DNA of 43,391 nt from Thermostichus sp. DRC_bins_24 (GTDB taxonomy: Bacteria > Cyanobacteriota > Cyanobacteriia > Thermostichales > Thermostichaceae): assembly GCA_039794845.1 (NCBI GenBank), contig JAUQVK010000089.1, forward strand, positions 3,485-46,875. The letters are read 5' to 3'. Numbering within the stretch: the stretch's first letter is position 1; the number at the start of each line of letters is the position of its first letter. Both the position numbers and the translations under genes were made by a program. This document shows, piece by piece, positions 8,213-19,096 of the stretch. A model generated the notes under the pieces. The model was given only the letters and a program-made list of their open reading frames with translations, had not been told where the DNA came from and did no database searches.

Positions 8213-11200
8213 TTAAGTTGCCGCTTGGATCCCTGATTCCATTCGTTCACGAGTGAGGGCCAAATTCATTTTTTCCAGCCATTGCAACAGGTTTTCCAGT
8301 TGTTGGGGGGGGGCAACCATGCCCAACCCGCGCACGGTCACTTTGCCGGGTTGATAAACGAACCGGGATTGCAAATGGGAAGGGAGGGCTTCTTTGAGGC
8401 GATTCCAGGCGGGCTCTTCCATGGGGGTTTCCAGGAGAACATGCTCTTTGGCTGGTTTGATGCGGGAGAAGCCCAGGGTGCGGGCGAGCAATTTCAACTC
8501 CATGACGCGCAGTAGTTCCTGGGTAGGTTTGGGCAGAGGGCCAAATCGGTCTTGCCATTCTTGGGTAATTTGAAAAAGCTCAACCCGAGAGCCGGCGGCG
8601 GCCAGTTGTCGGTAGGCCTGCATTTTTTGATCCCCGTCGGGAATGTAGCTCTGGGGGATCATGGCCGTGACATTGAGATCAATTTGGGTGTCGTCCACCT
8701 GTGGGATCTCTTGGCCGCGAATTTCCTTGATGGCATCCTGCAACATTTCCAGGTACAGATCAAAGCCCACCGCGTTTAACTGCCCCGATTGTTGGGTGCC
8801 GAGGAGATTGCCCACCCCACGAATTTCCATGTCTCGCATGGCCAGTTGATAGCCGGATCCCAGTTGGGTGAACTCTTGAATGGCCCGTAAACGTTTGCGG
8901 GCATCTTCGCTGAGCAGACCGTCTTCTCGGTAAAACAACCAGGCATGGGCTTGGATCCCGGCTCGACCCACCCGACCGCGCAGTTGGTACAGCTGCGAAA
9001 GCCCAAAGGCCTGAGCATTTTCAATCAAAATGGTATTTACCCTGGGAATATCCAAACCGGATTCGACGATGGTGGTGCAGACCAATATGTCGGTTTCGCC
9101 GTTGTTGAAGCCGAGCATCGTAGATTCCAGTTCACCTTCTGGCATTTGTCCATGACCGATGGCAATGCGGGCCCCGGGCACCCATTCCCTGAGTTTGGCG
9201 CTGGTTTCTTCGATCCCTTCGATACGATTGACCACGTAAAAAACCTGGCCGCCCCGATCCAATTCCTGGCGGATGGCTGTGCGAATCACCTCGGGGTTGT
9301 AGGGGGAAAGATGGGTTTTGATGGGACGACGAGAGGGGGGTGGGGTTTGAATGAGGCTCATTTCCCGTAGGCCAGACAGGGCCATGTAGAGGGTACGGGG
9401 GATGGGTGTGGCGGTGAGGGTGAGCACGTCCACTTGGGTTTTAAGCGCCTTGATCTTCTCTTTTTGATTGACGCCAAAGCGTTGTTCTTCATCGATAACC
9501 AAAAGCCCAAGGTTCTTGAAGTGAACGTCTTTTCCCAGCAGCTGATGGGTGCCGACAACCACATCTAGTTCGCCACTTTTTAGCCGTGACAACAGTTCTT
9601 TTTTCTCTTCATGGCTACGGAAACGATTGAGTAAGCCCACCTGGATAGGATATGGAGCGAATCGTTCTTTCAGGGTGTGGTAATGTTGCTGGGTTAAGAT
9701 GGTGGTTGGGGCCAAAAGGGCGACTTGTTTCCCTGCAGTAACTGCCTTAAAAATGGCGCGAATGGCCACTTCCGTTTTACCGAATCCGACATCCCCGCAC
9801 ACCAGCCGATCCATGGGGCGATTGGACTCCATGTCTTGCTTAACTTCTTGTATAGAGCGAAGTTGATCCGGGGTAAGGGCATAGGGGAAAGAGTCTTCTA
9901 GTTCCTGTTGCCAGGGGGAATCGGCGGGGAAAGCAAAACCTGTTTGTTCGGCCCGCTTGGCGTAGAGTTCGAGCAGATCAAAGGCAACTTTTTGAATGCT
10001 TTTTTTTACCTTCTGTTTGGTTTTTTCCCAGGCACTCCCGGACATTTTGTTGAGGGCGGGAGGGGTGTCGCTGTTGGCGCGATAGCGCGAGAGGGAATTG
10101 ACTTGGTCGGCAGCCACCCGCAATAGACCGTCGCTGTACTGAATGACCAGATACTCGCGGGTTTCGTTGCTAACGGTCAGGCTTTCTAGTTTCAGAAATT
10201 TGCCGATGCCATGGGCTTTGTGAACGACAAAGTCTCCGGGCTGCAAAAGGTTGGGATCCACCTGGCGGGAGCTGGCTTGGCGGCGCTTACGCACATAGGT
10301 GGGGGTGGCGAGGCTGTGTTGGCCGAAGAACTCGCGGTCGGTGAGGAGAACCAGACCTAGGGTGGGCAGAATGAACCCTTCTAGCTCGGCTAGGCCGGAA
10401 TACTTGAGGGCAACTGGGGTATGGGACTGCACCTGCCGATCTAGGGCTGGGAAGTCTTTGGGGTTGGGCACGTACTGGGCGGGGCAATCGTGTTCTTGCA
10501 GTAGGGCGACGGCGCGAGAGGGTTGGGCGGAGACAATCCACACCTGCAACTGTTGTTTGCGATGCTCACGAATGGCTTTGGCCAGGGATCCAAATTGGTG
10601 GGGGATGGCCTGAACGGCCCGACTTTTGAAATCGATGATCCCCTGGGTTGTGGGGGGCACGATGGGTGCAGGTTCGGATGGGGTTGCCGGGGAAGAGAAG
10701 GATTTGGCGGTTAACCGCGGGAAGGGATCCCAGTCTGGGGCGGTGAGGTCGAAGGGGCAGTGAAAGGGCTGGATGGCCGGTTCAGAGGCTTGAGCCAGTT
10801 GCCACTGTTCTTGGGCGTGGAGGAGCCACTGTTGGCTGTGGGCCCGGCATTGCTCTGGTTCATCGATCAGGATTAGGGTGGAGGGATCCAGATAGGTGAG
10901 CAGGTTGGCGGGGGTGCCGTAGAGCAAGCCCAAAAAACGCCGCAACCCTTCCGGGGGGGCAGTGGGTTGGGTGAGCTGTGCCTGCAGGCTTTCTGAGAGC
11001 TGATCCGCTTGAGCCATGAGGGCGGGCTGCAGGATCGGGCCATAGCCGGTGGGAGTAAGCCAGATGTGGGGGATCCCATCTTGGGAGCGCTGGCTAACGG
11101 GGTCAAATTCCCGCAGTTTTTCCAGTTCGTCGCCGAACCACTCCAACCGCACCGGCCATTCGGAGGCCACCGGAAACAGGTCAAGAATGTCTCCCCTTTG

Positions 11201-11728
11201 GCTCCACTGCCCCTCGCTTTCCACCAAGTTGACCCGTTCGTAGCCGAGGCGAGCCAGGTGTTGCCCCAGGTGTTTAGGGGACATTTCCATACCGGGCTCT
11301 AACTTGAGGCAAAAGGATTGAAACACCTCCGGGGGGGGAAGGTGGGGTTGCAGGGCCCGCTCGGTGGCCACCAAGGCAATTCTTTTTTTGTCTTGAAGGC
11401 AATCGGCTAACACCTGAAACTGGCCCCACACCAGCTCGGGCTCCAGATCAAAGGGTTCATAGGGGGAGGCCTCGGAGGTGGGGTAAAACTGCACGGTCTC
11501 CCAGCCCATGCCCTCCAATTGCGCCGTCCAGCGACCGGCTTCTTCTAGGGTGGCGGTGATCACCAGCAGGGAACTCTGGTGGTGTTGGGCTAGGGCTGAG
11601 GCGATCAATCCCTTGGGGATCCGTCCCAACCCTTGTATTTCTGCCCGTCGCTGGGATCCCAGTTGGGCCAAGAGATCTTGGATTGGGCCGGATTGAGCTA
11701 GGTAGCGCACCAATGGGATAAAGGACAT
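8213..11728 (-). CDS. mfd: Transcription-repair coupling factor
   Basis: UvrB-like N-terminus, [13 protein letters not shown]-interaction domain, [35 protein letters not shown]. Start placed at the ATG at 11728 (alternative 11731). Confidence 0.97.
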   Translation of the reverse strand: MSFIPLVRYLAQSGPIQDLLAQLGSQRRAEIQGLGRIPKGLIASALAQHHQSSLLVITATLEEAGRWTAQLEGMGWETVQFYPTSEASPYEPFDLEPELVWGQFQVLADCLQDKKRIALVATERALQPHLPPPEVFQSFCLKLEPGMEMSPKHLGQHLARLGYERVNLVESEGQWSQRGDILDLFPVASEWPVRLEWFGDELEKLREFDPVSQRSQDGIPHIWLTPTGYGPILQPALMAQADQLSESLQAQLTQPTAPPEGLRRFLGLLYGTPANLLTYLDPSTLILIDEPEQCRAHSQQWLLHAQEQWQLAQASEPAIQPFHCPFDLTAPDWDPFPRLTAKSFSSPATPSEPAPIVPPTTQGIIDFKSRAVQAIPHQFGSLAKAIREHRKQQLQVWIVSAQPSRAVALLQEHDCPAQYVPNPKDFPALDRQVQSHTPVALKYSGLAELEGFILPTLGLVLLTDREFFGQHSLATPTYVRKRRQASSRQVDPNLLQPGDFVVHKAHGIGKFLKLESLTVSNETREYLVIQYSDGLLRVAADQVNSLSRYRANSDTPPALNKMSGSAWEKTKQKVKKSIQKVAFDLLELYAKRAEQTGFAFPADSPWQQELEDSFPYALTPDQLRSIQEVKQDMESNRPMDRLVCGDVGFGKTEVAIRAIFKAVTAGKQVALLAPTTILTQQHYHTLKERFAPYPIQVGLLNRFRSHEEKKELLSRLKSGELDVVVGTHQLLGKDVHFKNLGLLVIDEEQRFGVNQKEKIKALKTQVDVLTLTATPIPRTLYMALSGLREMSLIQTPPPSRRPIKTHLSPYNPEVIRTAIRQELDRGGQVFYVVNRIEGIEETSAKLREWVPGARIAIGHGQMPEGELESTMLGFNNGETDILVCTTIVESGLDIPRVNTILIENAQAFGLSQLYQLRGRVGRAGIQAHAWLFYREDGLLSEDARKRLRAIQEFTQLGSGYQLAMRDMEIRGVGNLLGTQQSGQLNAVGFDLYLEMLQDAIKEIRGQEIPQVDDTQIDLNVTAMIPQSYIPDGDQKMQAYRQLAAAGSRVELFQITQEWQDRFGPLPKPTQELLRVMELKLLARTLGFSRIKPAKEHVLLETPMEEPAWNRLKEALPSHLQSRFVYQPGKVTVRGLGMVAPPQQLENLLQWLEKMNLALTRERMESGIQAAT

Positions 11729-11809
11729 CATCACCCCCACAATGCAAACGTGGATCCCCAATAGGCGGGGATCCCAATTCTGGCAGGCTTGGCGGGAAAT
11801 CAACAGCCG

Positions 11810-12094
11810 TTAGCCGGGGATACTCTCCTGGAGAGGATCCGGCTCTGGCGAAGGGGGCACCCTTTCCCAGAATTGGGCAAGGTGTTGCAGGCCCACGAAC
11901 CCCAACTGCCAAAGGATCAAGGCTAGGGGACCGCGCTGCTGCTGTTGGAGTTTCAGGGCCAAGGCCAACTGTTTCGGTTGCAGGATATGTTGCTGCTCAA
12001 CGAACCGGCAAAACTGCCGATCCGATTGGCTGAGGGCTAATAAATCCGGCAGGGTCGGTTCCATAGGTCCGGCTTCCCAGAAGGGGGGTTCCAT
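11810..12094 (-). CDS. Small cyanobacterial protein, DUF2949-like
   Basis: LALALK...GPLALILWQLGFVGLQHL pattern typical of DUF2949. Confidence 0.65.
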   Translation of the reverse strand: MEPPFWEAGPMEPTLPDLLALSQSDRQFCRFVEQQHILQPKQLALALKLQQQQRGPLALILWQLGFVGLQHLAQFWERVPPSPEPDPLQESIPG

Positions 12095-12201
12095 CTAAGT
12101 CAGTTCTTCCCAGAGTACGCACCGATGTCGGCTCTCCCCAAGACCAGCCAGAGCAGAGACTACTGTGGTTTGTCGCATGTTTTACCAGGATAGGGAGAAG
12201 G

Positions 12202-13086
12202 TCATCCCCAGGGATCGCCCCAGGGATCCCGAGGATCGCCCCAGTAGCCCCCCTGTTGGGGGGGTGGGGGTTGTGGGGTGGGGGGGGGGGGGATGTACTC
12301 GGTCGGGGCGGGCGGGGGTGGGGTGGGGATGGGGGTGGGTTTCCCCATGTCCTCAAGCCGGGGCAGATCGGCGGGTTTGGGCTCTACACCCAGGCTTCTT
12401 AGCTTGGCTTGCGCCTCTTCCACCTGGGCATTCAATTCTTCGAGGTAGGCGCGGTAGTGGTTGGCGGCCTCTAGGTATTGCTTGGCCTTCTTTTCGTTGT
12501 CGTGGACGACTTCTTGGAGTTCTTTGGTGCGAACGGTATAGTCGGCCTCTTGGTTGGTGAGGTTTTCAATGGCTTGGTTGAGTACGGCACGACGACGCTC
12601 TAGTTGGGCGACGATTTCGGACAGCTGCCGTTCTCGCTCGCTGAGGCTGCGTTCACGGTTCTGGGTTTGTTCCAGTTGAAAGCTGACCTGGCTTAGTTGT
12701 TCTCGTAAGTACATGACCTGAGGCTCGGTTTCGTTGCGTTCCTGCTGCAACTCAAAAACCCGCGCTTCCAGGTTGTCTTTTTCCTGCTGCAACACTTCGC
12801 GTTCGTTCAGTAGGCGGCTGTAGAGCTGATTGATAAAGTCTACCTCCATGACCACCTGACTGAGTTGGGTGGCGTATTCCCCAACTAAGGCCAAATCACG
12901 AGCAAGGTTCTGGGTTTCGCTGGTGGTTTGCTCAGCAAAAAATTGGGGGAGTTGGGTGGTTTCTCTGAGGCGTTGGGTGAACTGCTTGAAGCGGAAGGAG
13001 AAGTTGTTCGCCATTGCGGGTGCGGTAGCCTCGAAGGTCGGGTGATGCCGGTGGTCAGACGTCACGGTGCGTGGTCTGGATCCCAT
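12202..13086 (-). CDS. Hypothetical coiled-coil protein with Pro-rich, DPW-repeat tail
   Basis: Long E/Q/R/L-rich heptad region followed by poly-Pro and WGDPRDPWGDPWG; alternative start at 13014. Confidence 0.75.
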   Translation of the reverse strand: MGSRPRTVTSDHRHHPTFEATAPAMANNFSFRFKQFTQRLRETTQLPQFFAEQTTSETQNLARDLALVGEYATQLSQVVMEVDFINQLYSRLLNEREVLQQEKDNLEARVFELQQERNETEPQVMYLREQLSQVSFQLEQTQNRERSLSERERQLSEIVAQLERRRAVLNQAIENLTNQEADYTVRTKELQEVVHDNEKKAKQYLEAANHYRAYLEELNAQVEEAQAKLRSLGVEPKPADLPRLEDMGKPTPIPTPPPPAPTEYIPPPPTPQPPPPQQGGYWGDPRDPWGDPWG

Positions 13087-13129
13087 TCACCTTAGCATTG
13101 AGTTGGGGCTTTTTTGGGGTAAAAACGCA

Positions 13130-13882
13130 CTAGAGAGGCTTGTCTGGGGTGGACTTAGATGGGGTTTCGGCAGCCGACTCCACGGCCTCTTGGAGGGGAT
13201 CCCTAGACTCCGGTTCGGGGGGAGAGGGAGCAGGCGCAGGCCGGGCTGAAGGGGTATGGGATTCTTGTGACTCTTGGGGAGGGGCCGCAAGCTTGTGGAG
13301 CAACCGTTGTAGGAGCTGGCTGCGACGGCTGCCAATCACGGAAAACTGACTTTCGATCTCTTCGGTGGGGATAGGCTCGATCTGGGCCAGCTCCGGCTCG
13401 CTGAGGAGAAGCACCCGTGCCACCGCGATGGGGATCTGCAAAAACAAGTTGGCCCCCCAAAAACCAAGGGCGGCGATGACCAAACCGGCGATGCGGGTGC
13501 CGTTGCCGGGGGTAAGGGGGGCAAAGAGGGGGGCAAAGTCGTAGAGGCGCTCACAGACCTCCAGCATCAGGATAGCGGCCAAGACTGTTAGGATTTTCTG
13601 TTCGGGGCTGAGGAAGGCGGCCAAGATCCGGCGCTGGTCAGGCGTGAGATCTTCGGGGGGAACCGACACCACCAGCAGACTAAAGATGTTGAAGGGCTTG
13701 CGCCACTGCATGACAAAAATCGGCACAATGCCCACCACCGCCACCCAGGCCTGCTCTACTTCCACGGGCAAGAGGGGATCCCCGGTGGCCAACCCGATCA
13801 GGGTTAAGCCAATCCAGAGGGGGAAGGCGAGGATCCCGGCGGCATGGATCCAGAGGAAGGGCTCCTGCCAGTGTTTGCGCAT
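13130..13882 (-). CDS. Cyanobacterial low-complexity tail membrane protein
   Basis: EPFLWIHAAG, MQWRKPFNIFSLL and GANLFLQIP motifs, four hydrophobic segments, P/S/E-rich tail. Confidence 0.8.
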   Translation of the reverse strand: MRKHWQEPFLWIHAAGILAFPLWIGLTLIGLATGDPLLPVEVEQAWVAVVGIVPIFVMQWRKPFNIFSLLVVSVPPEDLTPDQRRILAAFLSPEQKILTVLAAILMLEVCERLYDFAPLFAPLTPGNGTRIAGLVIAALGFWGANLFLQIPIAVARVLLLSEPELAQIEPIPTEEIESQFSVIGSRRSQLLQRLLHKLAAPPQESQESHTPSARPAPAPSPPEPESRDPLQEAVESAAETPSKSTPDKPL

Positions 13883-13924
13883 GGTGAAAGGTTCTGAGAA
13901 GGGACTAGAGGGGGGAACTTGGAA

Positions 13925-14179
13925 CTAGGGACGGCCCTTGGATTTGTCGACAACTTCCAGCTCCGTCAGGCGAAAGCTGACCAACTTATCCCAGTTGCCT
14001 CCTTCAAAGAGAACGGCAGCCCGGTCATCGGTGACCCGTTGCACCTGTCCTTCGAAGCAGTAGTAGGTATCGGCGGGGTTGATGACGCGCACGGCAACTC
14101 CGGGGTAAATCAAGGGTTCTTCCATCAGGAGTGATGAGGTTGTGGACTGGGGGGATGATTGGGTTGAGGTCATGGTCAT
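13925..14179 (-). CDS. ndhS: NAD(P)H dehydrogenase (NDH-1) subunit S
   Basis: [52 protein letters not shown] matches the NdhS consensus; start may be further downstream. Confidence 0.92.
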   Translation of the reverse strand: MTMTSTQSSPQSTTSSLLMEEPLIYPGVAVRVINPADTYYCFEGQVQRVTDDRAAVLFEGGNWDKLVSFRLTELEVVDKSKGRP

Positions 14180-14282
14180 TTTCTTGAGAAACCCTGTCTT
14201 ATCATTTCATTATGGGGGAAAGCCAATCCCACGCTGAACAAACAAAACGAACAAAACAAACAACAGGCGAAGCTCCAGCACC

Positions 14283-14873
14283 ATGGTTACCGATACCGAG
14301 TCTTCCCGATTGCGTACCTGGCATGTGCTGGTGATCGACGATGATCAGGGGCGGCGGGCCGTGGCTCTGAATGCGGCCACTTATTCCATCGGGCGGGATC
14401 CCAACAGTGCCATTGTGATCCATTCGTCGGCCATCTCTCGGCAACACGCGCTGCTGCTGCGGCTACCGCAAGAGACGGGCCAGTATATCTACCGGCTGCT
14501 GGATGGCAATATCGAGGGCAAGCGCAGTACCAATGGCATTTCGGTGAATGGGGAGAAATGCTTTTCCTGGGATCTCAAGGATGGGGATCGGATCCTGCTG
14601 GGGGATCAGGTGCCGATTCAATACTGCATTCGCCAGTTGTCGGACGAGGACTTTCAGCAGTATCTACAGTCCGCGAGCTTTCGCAGCGTCAAGGCGGAGG
14701 TGGTGGATCGACGCTCGACCACGATGCAGCGGTTTGACCCGCCCTCAACCCAGGTGATTTTGCCGAAGGAGGAGACGACGGAAAATATCAAGGATTTGAA
14801 ACCCCAACGGCGCAGCCCACTGGGGCTACTGATGCAGGCGATCTGGCGACGGTTGAGGAGGGGGCGGGGGTAA
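14283..14873 (+). CDS. FHA domain protein
   Basis: YSIGRD, ISRQHA, STNGISVNG and LKDGDRILLG FHA motifs. Confidence 0.9.
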   Translation: MVTDTESSRLRTWHVLVIDDDQGRRAVALNAATYSIGRDPNSAIVIHSSAISRQHALLLRLPQETGQYIYRLLDGNIEGKRSTNGISVNGEKCFSWDLKDGDRILLGDQVPIQYCIRQLSDEDFQQYLQSASFRSVKAEVVDRRSTTMQRFDPPSTQVILPKEETTENIKDLKPQRRSPLGLLMQAIWRRLRRGRG

Positions 14874-14874
14874 T

Positions 14875-16530
14875 TTAGCGCTCAGGAATACCAACTCCCT
14901 CTGGGTTTGGGAGATCGGTGGGGATCCCGGTCGAGCCCTCTTTGCGGTCTTGTTCTGTCACTTCTGCCTGCAGATCCAGGAGGGAGGGCACTTCTGCAGA
15001 GTCTGGTTCACCGGTGTCAGCTTGTTGAGGGGCCTCTTCCCCGACCAATACCCCCCGCAGCCACAGGGGCGCGATGAAGGTGGTGGCAATCACCATGACG
15101 ATAATGCTGACGTCAAGAGCATCGGAGAGAACGCCGCTGGCGGCCCCAACCCCGGCAAACACCAAGCCCACCTCACCCCGAGGGATCATGCCCACCCCGA
15201 TGGCGTAGCGGTTGATGCCGGGTTTGCCGAATACCCCTAGGCCCGCCGCCAGCTTTCCCAAAATGGCCACCCCGATTAAGAAGACTGCGATGATCAGCCC
15301 CTCGCGGTTGGTAGGAATGGTGGGATTGAGAACAGCGAGGTTGGTTTTGGCCCCGACACAGACGAAGAAAATGGGCACCAACAGGTCAGAAATGGGCTTA
15401 ATTTGTTCTTCTAGTTCCTGCCGTTTATCGGTTTCTGCCAAAATCAGACCGGCAGCAAAGGCTCCCAAAATGGCCTCTAGGTGAATCACTTGCCCCACAT
15501 AAGCCAGCAGAAATGCCAACACGAGAGCAGGCAGAAGGGGGTTGCCGCGGGTTTTCAGACTATTGAGGAGGGCGACAAAGTAAGGACTGAGGAGCCGACC
15601 CAAAACGATGGAACCGACCAAAAAGGCGATGGCACTGATGATGATGGTGCCGATGTCGGTGAGGTTAACTTCTCCGGTTTTGGCCAAGCCTGCCACCACC
15701 GCCAAGATAATGATGCCCAACACGTCATCTAAGACGGCGGCACCGATGATCACCTGTCCTTCTGGGGAGGTAAGTTTTTGCAGCTCCGCCAAGACACGGG
15801 CGGTAATGCCAATGCTGGTTGCGGTCAGGGCGGCCCCGGCAAACACCGCGGGTATGGCGGGCACATGGAACAGGTAAAGCAAGCCCAAGGTTCCGGCTAG
15901 AAAGGGTACCGCTACCCCGATTACCGCCACGGCTGCGGCCTGAGGGCCGACTCGCAACAATTCGCTTAGATCTGACTCGAGGCCAATTTCAAACAACAGG
16001 ATGATCACCCCGATTTCGGAGAGGATGTCGATGATCTCGCTTTGGGAGGAGAACACCTGCACCAGGGATCCTTCGGTAAGGCCAGCGGTGGCTTGCAAAA
16101 ATTGCATCAGTACCGAGGAATGGGCCAAGGCTTGCAGTTCTTCGCCGGAAACCTGCCCTTCCCGGAAAATCAGCAGCCCCAAAGCGGAGGCCCCTACCAT
16201 AACGCCCCCCAACAACTCCCCGAGCACCGGGGGGAAACTAAGGCGAACGGCAATTTCTCCGGCAACGCGGCTGGCCAGGTAGATGACCACCAAGGACATC
16301 AGCACTGCAACCAGGATCAGGGGAGAGAGATTGGCAGCCACTTCGGGTTCAACGGGAGCAGCGGCTTCGGCGGCAAGCAACACGGGATCCAGGCAATTAA
16401 ACAGCAAGATCTCAACCTCAGATGGACAGCCTTTGGTCTTGTGCTGGCCTAAGTGGAGCGGGGGAAAAGGCTTGGGATCCCCCTCAGGCAATCGCTCGGC
16501 CAGAAGACTGTTACAAAAGCTAACCTCCAT
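14875..16530 (-). CDS. Cation:proton antiporter (CPA2, NhaS3-like Na+/H+ antiporter)
   Basis: LLFEIGLES, ATSIGIT, GAAVLDD and GMIPRGEVGL motifs; true start probably downstream of 16530. Confidence 0.9.
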   Translation of the reverse strand: MEVSFCNSLLAERLPEGDPKPFPPLHLGQHKTKGCPSEVEILLFNCLDPVLLAAEAAAPVEPEVAANLSPLILVAVLMSLVVIYLASRVAGEIAVRLSFPPVLGELLGGVMVGASALGLLIFREGQVSGEELQALAHSSVLMQFLQATAGLTEGSLVQVFSSQSEIIDILSEIGVIILLFEIGLESDLSELLRVGPQAAAVAVIGVAVPFLAGTLGLLYLFHVPAIPAVFAGAALTATSIGITARVLAELQKLTSPEGQVIIGAAVLDDVLGIIILAVVAGLAKTGEVNLTDIGTIIISAIAFLVGSIVLGRLLSPYFVALLNSLKTRGNPLLPALVLAFLLAYVGQVIHLEAILGAFAAGLILAETDKRQELEEQIKPISDLLVPIFFVCVGAKTNLAVLNPTIPTNREGLIIAVFLIGVAILGKLAAGLGVFGKPGINRYAIGVGMIPRGEVGLVFAGVGAASGVLSDALDVSIIVMVIATTFIAPLWLRGVLVGEEAPQQADTGEPDSAEVPSLLDLQAEVTEQDRKEGSTGIPTDLPNPEGVGIPER

Positions 16531-16665
16531 CGGGATCCGCTTGCAACGCCCAGATCGGCACTTTTCCAGAACTTTTCCCGACAGAATCCTGAGGGTCTTG
16601 CCGGAGAGGTTGGCCTAGCTTGGCAGGAGTGGTGAGGAGGGGAAGCTGAATCTGACGGGGGGGTT

Positions 16666-18240
16666 ATGGCCTCTTCCTGCCCACGAGGGAGGCTATGGAT
16701 AACTCTACCTTGCGGATCCCTGGGGTTGGGGAAGGGATCCGCCCCTATGATGTGTGGAATGACATGGATTTTTCGCTGGGGCATTTCGCGGGAGCTCTGT
16801 GGACGCTTTTTCAAGCTCTCGGCCTACAACATTCTCTCTAACCTGATGGTGCCCTTGGCGGGGCTCTTGGATGTGGCCTTTTTGGGGCATTTGCCGGAGA
16901 TCGAGCCGTTGGCGGGGGTGGCGCTGGCGACGGTGATCTTCAACTTCATCTATTGGTCGTTTGGTTTTTTGCGCATGTCCACCACCGGGTTGGTGGCTCA
17001 GGCTACCGGACAGGGGCATGGGGATGAGGCGTGGCGTATCGGGCTACGGGCGATGACCCTGGGGTTGGGGATCGGGTTGCTGCTGTTGCTGCTGCATCAC
17101 CCTTTGCGGGAGGTGGGGTTTGCGCTGCTCGAGGGTACGGACACGGTGAAGGCGGCGGGGCGAGCCTATTTCAATGGGCGGATTTTGGGGGCTCCGGCCT
17201 ACTTGCTCAGTTTGGCGATGTTGGGCTGGTTGTTGGGCAAGGAGCGGGGCGGGGCGGTGTTAACCCTTTCGGTGGTGGGGAATGGAGGGAATGTGCTGCT
17301 GAATTATATCGGGGTGGTGCTACTGGGTTGGGGTAGTTGGGGGGCGGGTTTGGCGACGGCGGGTAGCGAGTATTTGATGGTGCTGACGGGGCTGGTTTGT
17401 CTGGTGTGGGCTCCGGAGGAGGGCACGCTTTGGCAAAGGGTGCGGAGGTTGTGGGGATCCCTGCGCGTCTGGCGTACCCTGTGGCAGGGGGCGGATCTGC
17501 GGGTGCTCTTCAGCCTGAATGGGGATATTTGGGTGCGGACGTTTGCGCTGGTTCTGAGTTTTGCCCTGTTTACCCAGTTCAGTGCGGGTATGGGCACGGC
17601 CATTCTGGCGGCGAATACGGTGTTGCTGCAGGTGCTCTCTTTGGCGGCCTATGTTGTGGATGGGTTTGCTTTTGCCACCGAAAGTTTGGCGGGGTTTTTC
17701 TACGGGCGCAAGCAGGGGGAGGCTGGAGAGGGGGCGGTGCAGCAGTTGTGGGGGGTGTTGGGGTTGGCCACCGGGCTGAGTTTGCTGGTGGGGGTGGCGA
17801 TTGCCCTGGGGTTTGTGGGGTTTCCGGGCCGGTTGTTTGGGTTGCTCACAAGCCAAGGGGTGGTTTTGGGGCAGATTGAGCGGTTTGTTGCTTGGTTAAT
17901 TCCGGTGCTGGGGCTGGGATCTTTGGCGTTTGTTTTGGATGGCTATTTTCTCGGCCTCACAGAAGGGGTGACGTTGCGCTGGGCGAGCCTGTTTTCAACA
18001 ACCGTTGGCTTTTTGCCTGTGGGACTCTGGGCTTGGGCAAGGCAGGATCCGCAGCTACTCTGGTTGGCAATGGCGGCGTTTATGGCGGCGCGGGTGATCA
18101 GTCTGGGATCCCAGGTGCCGCGAACTTTAAAATCGTCCTCCGGACGACCCGGAGGGTTATCGTCCTCCGGACGACCCGGAGGGTTATCGTCGAGTACCGA
18201 GAAGACTGATGATGATGCTCCTCTTGCGAAACCTAAGTGA
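16666..18240 (+). CDS. MATE family efflux transporter (DinF-like)
   Basis: NILSNLMVPLAGLLDVAFLGHL, FGFLRMSTTG and DGFAFATE; about 12 hydrophobic segments; start uncertain. Confidence 0.88.
   Translation: MASSCPRGRLWITLPCGSLGLGKGSAPMMCGMTWIFRWGISRELCGRFFKLSAYNILSNLMVPLAGLLDVAFLGHLPEIEPLAGVALATVIFNFIYWSFGFLRMSTTGLVAQATGQGHGDEAWRIGLRAMTLGLGIGLLLLLLHHPLREVGFALLEGTDTVKAAGRAYFNGRILGAPAYLLSLAMLGWLLGKERGGAVLTLSVVGNGGNVLLNYIGVVLLGWGSWGAGLATAGSEYLMVLTGLVCLVWAPEEGTLWQRVRRLWGSLRVWRTLWQGADLRVLFSLNGDIWVRTFALVLSFALFTQFSAGMGTAILAANTVLLQVLSLAAYVVDGFAFATESLAGFFYGRKQGEAGEGAVQQLWGVLGLATGLSLLVGVAIALGFVGFPGRLFGLLTSQGVVLGQIERFVAWLIPVLGLGSLAFVLDGYFLGLTEGVTLRWASLFSTTVGFLPVGLWAWARQDPQLLWLAMAAFMAARVISLGSQVPRTLKSSSGRPGGLSSSGRPGGLSSSTEKTDDDAPLAKPK
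18132..18191 (+). repeat. Two tandem copies of a 27-bp small dispersed element inside the MATE C-terminus
   Basis: ATCGTCCTCCGGACGACCCGGAGGGTT at 18132-18158 and 18159-18185, then ATCGTC; encodes SSSGRPGGL twice. Confidence 0.93.
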
Positions 18241-19087
18241 CCGTTGGCTGCCGATTCTCTCGGTGGGAGTTTTGTTGTTGCTGGTTTGGGATCCCTTGTC
18301 GGTGTGGGTGAACAGTCCGGCGGCGCAGCGGTTGTTGGAACGGGGTACGGCCGATTGCAGTACGGTAGCCGAGTGTGCTCGACAACTGCCTAACCCGGTT
18401 CTGCCTTCTCTAGGGCAGTTGGTCAGCGGGTTGGGGAATATGGCGCTGCCCCTCACGTCCACGAGCACGGTGGGTTACAACGCCCTGATCACGGCAGCCG
18501 AAACGTTGGTGGGTTTGGGGCTGGCTTTGCTGGTGGGCTTTGTGACGGCGGTGGCGCTGGTGTTTTCGCGGGCCTTCGAGCGGATGATGTTGCCCTGGAT
18601 TGTCGCTTCTCAAAATGTGCCGATTGTGGCTTTGGCACCGGTGCTGGCGGTGTTGCTGGGGCAATATGGGGTGCAGGGTTTGTTGCCGAAGGCAATTGTG
18701 GCGGCCTACATTGCTTTTTTTCCGTTGTCGATTGGCATTGCCAAGGGGTTGAGCAGTGTACCGCCCTTGCAGTTGGATTTAATGCGCACTTACCATGCCC
18801 ACCCGCTGCAAGTGTTTCACCTGGTGCGCATGCCGGCGGCTTTGCCGATGCTGTTTACCAGCCTGAAGGTTTCGGCGGCGATGGCCTTGGTGGGGGCGAT
18901 TGTGGCAGAAATTTCGATTGTCAGCTTCGCGGGTCTGGGGCCGATGTTGCTGAGCCGTTCCTACTACAGCGACATGGTGGGGTTGTGGGTGATCATGGTG
19001 GTGGCGGCAGCGTTGGGGATCCTGTTGGTACAGGGGATCGGCCTGCTGGAGAAAGTCTTGATGCGGTGGCAGCGACCTACCCAATAA
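18209..19087 (+). CDS. ABC transporter permease, NitT/TauT family
   Basis: SQNVPIVALAP, AFFPL, GLSSVP...DLMRTYHA, ALVGAIVAE. Confidence 0.88.
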   Translation: MMMLLLRNLSDRWLPILSVGVLLLLVWDPLSVWVNSPAAQRLLERGTADCSTVAECARQLPNPVLPSLGQLVSGLGNMALPLTSTSTVGYNALITAAETLVGLGLALLVGFVTAVALVFSRAFERMMLPWIVASQNVPIVALAPVLAVLLGQYGVQGLLPKAIVAAYIAFFPLSIGIAKGLSSVPPLQLDLMRTYHAHPLQVFHLVRMPAALPMLFTSLKVSAAMALVGAIVAEISIVSFAGLGPMLLSRSYYSDMVGLWVIMVVAAALGILLVQGIGLLEKVLMRWQRPTQ

Positions 19088-19096
19088 ACGAGAAGG

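Noticed and set aside
14237..14266. AAC/AAAC-rich tract before the FHA gene
   Set aside because: Short low-complexity leader with no regular period and no second copy seen.
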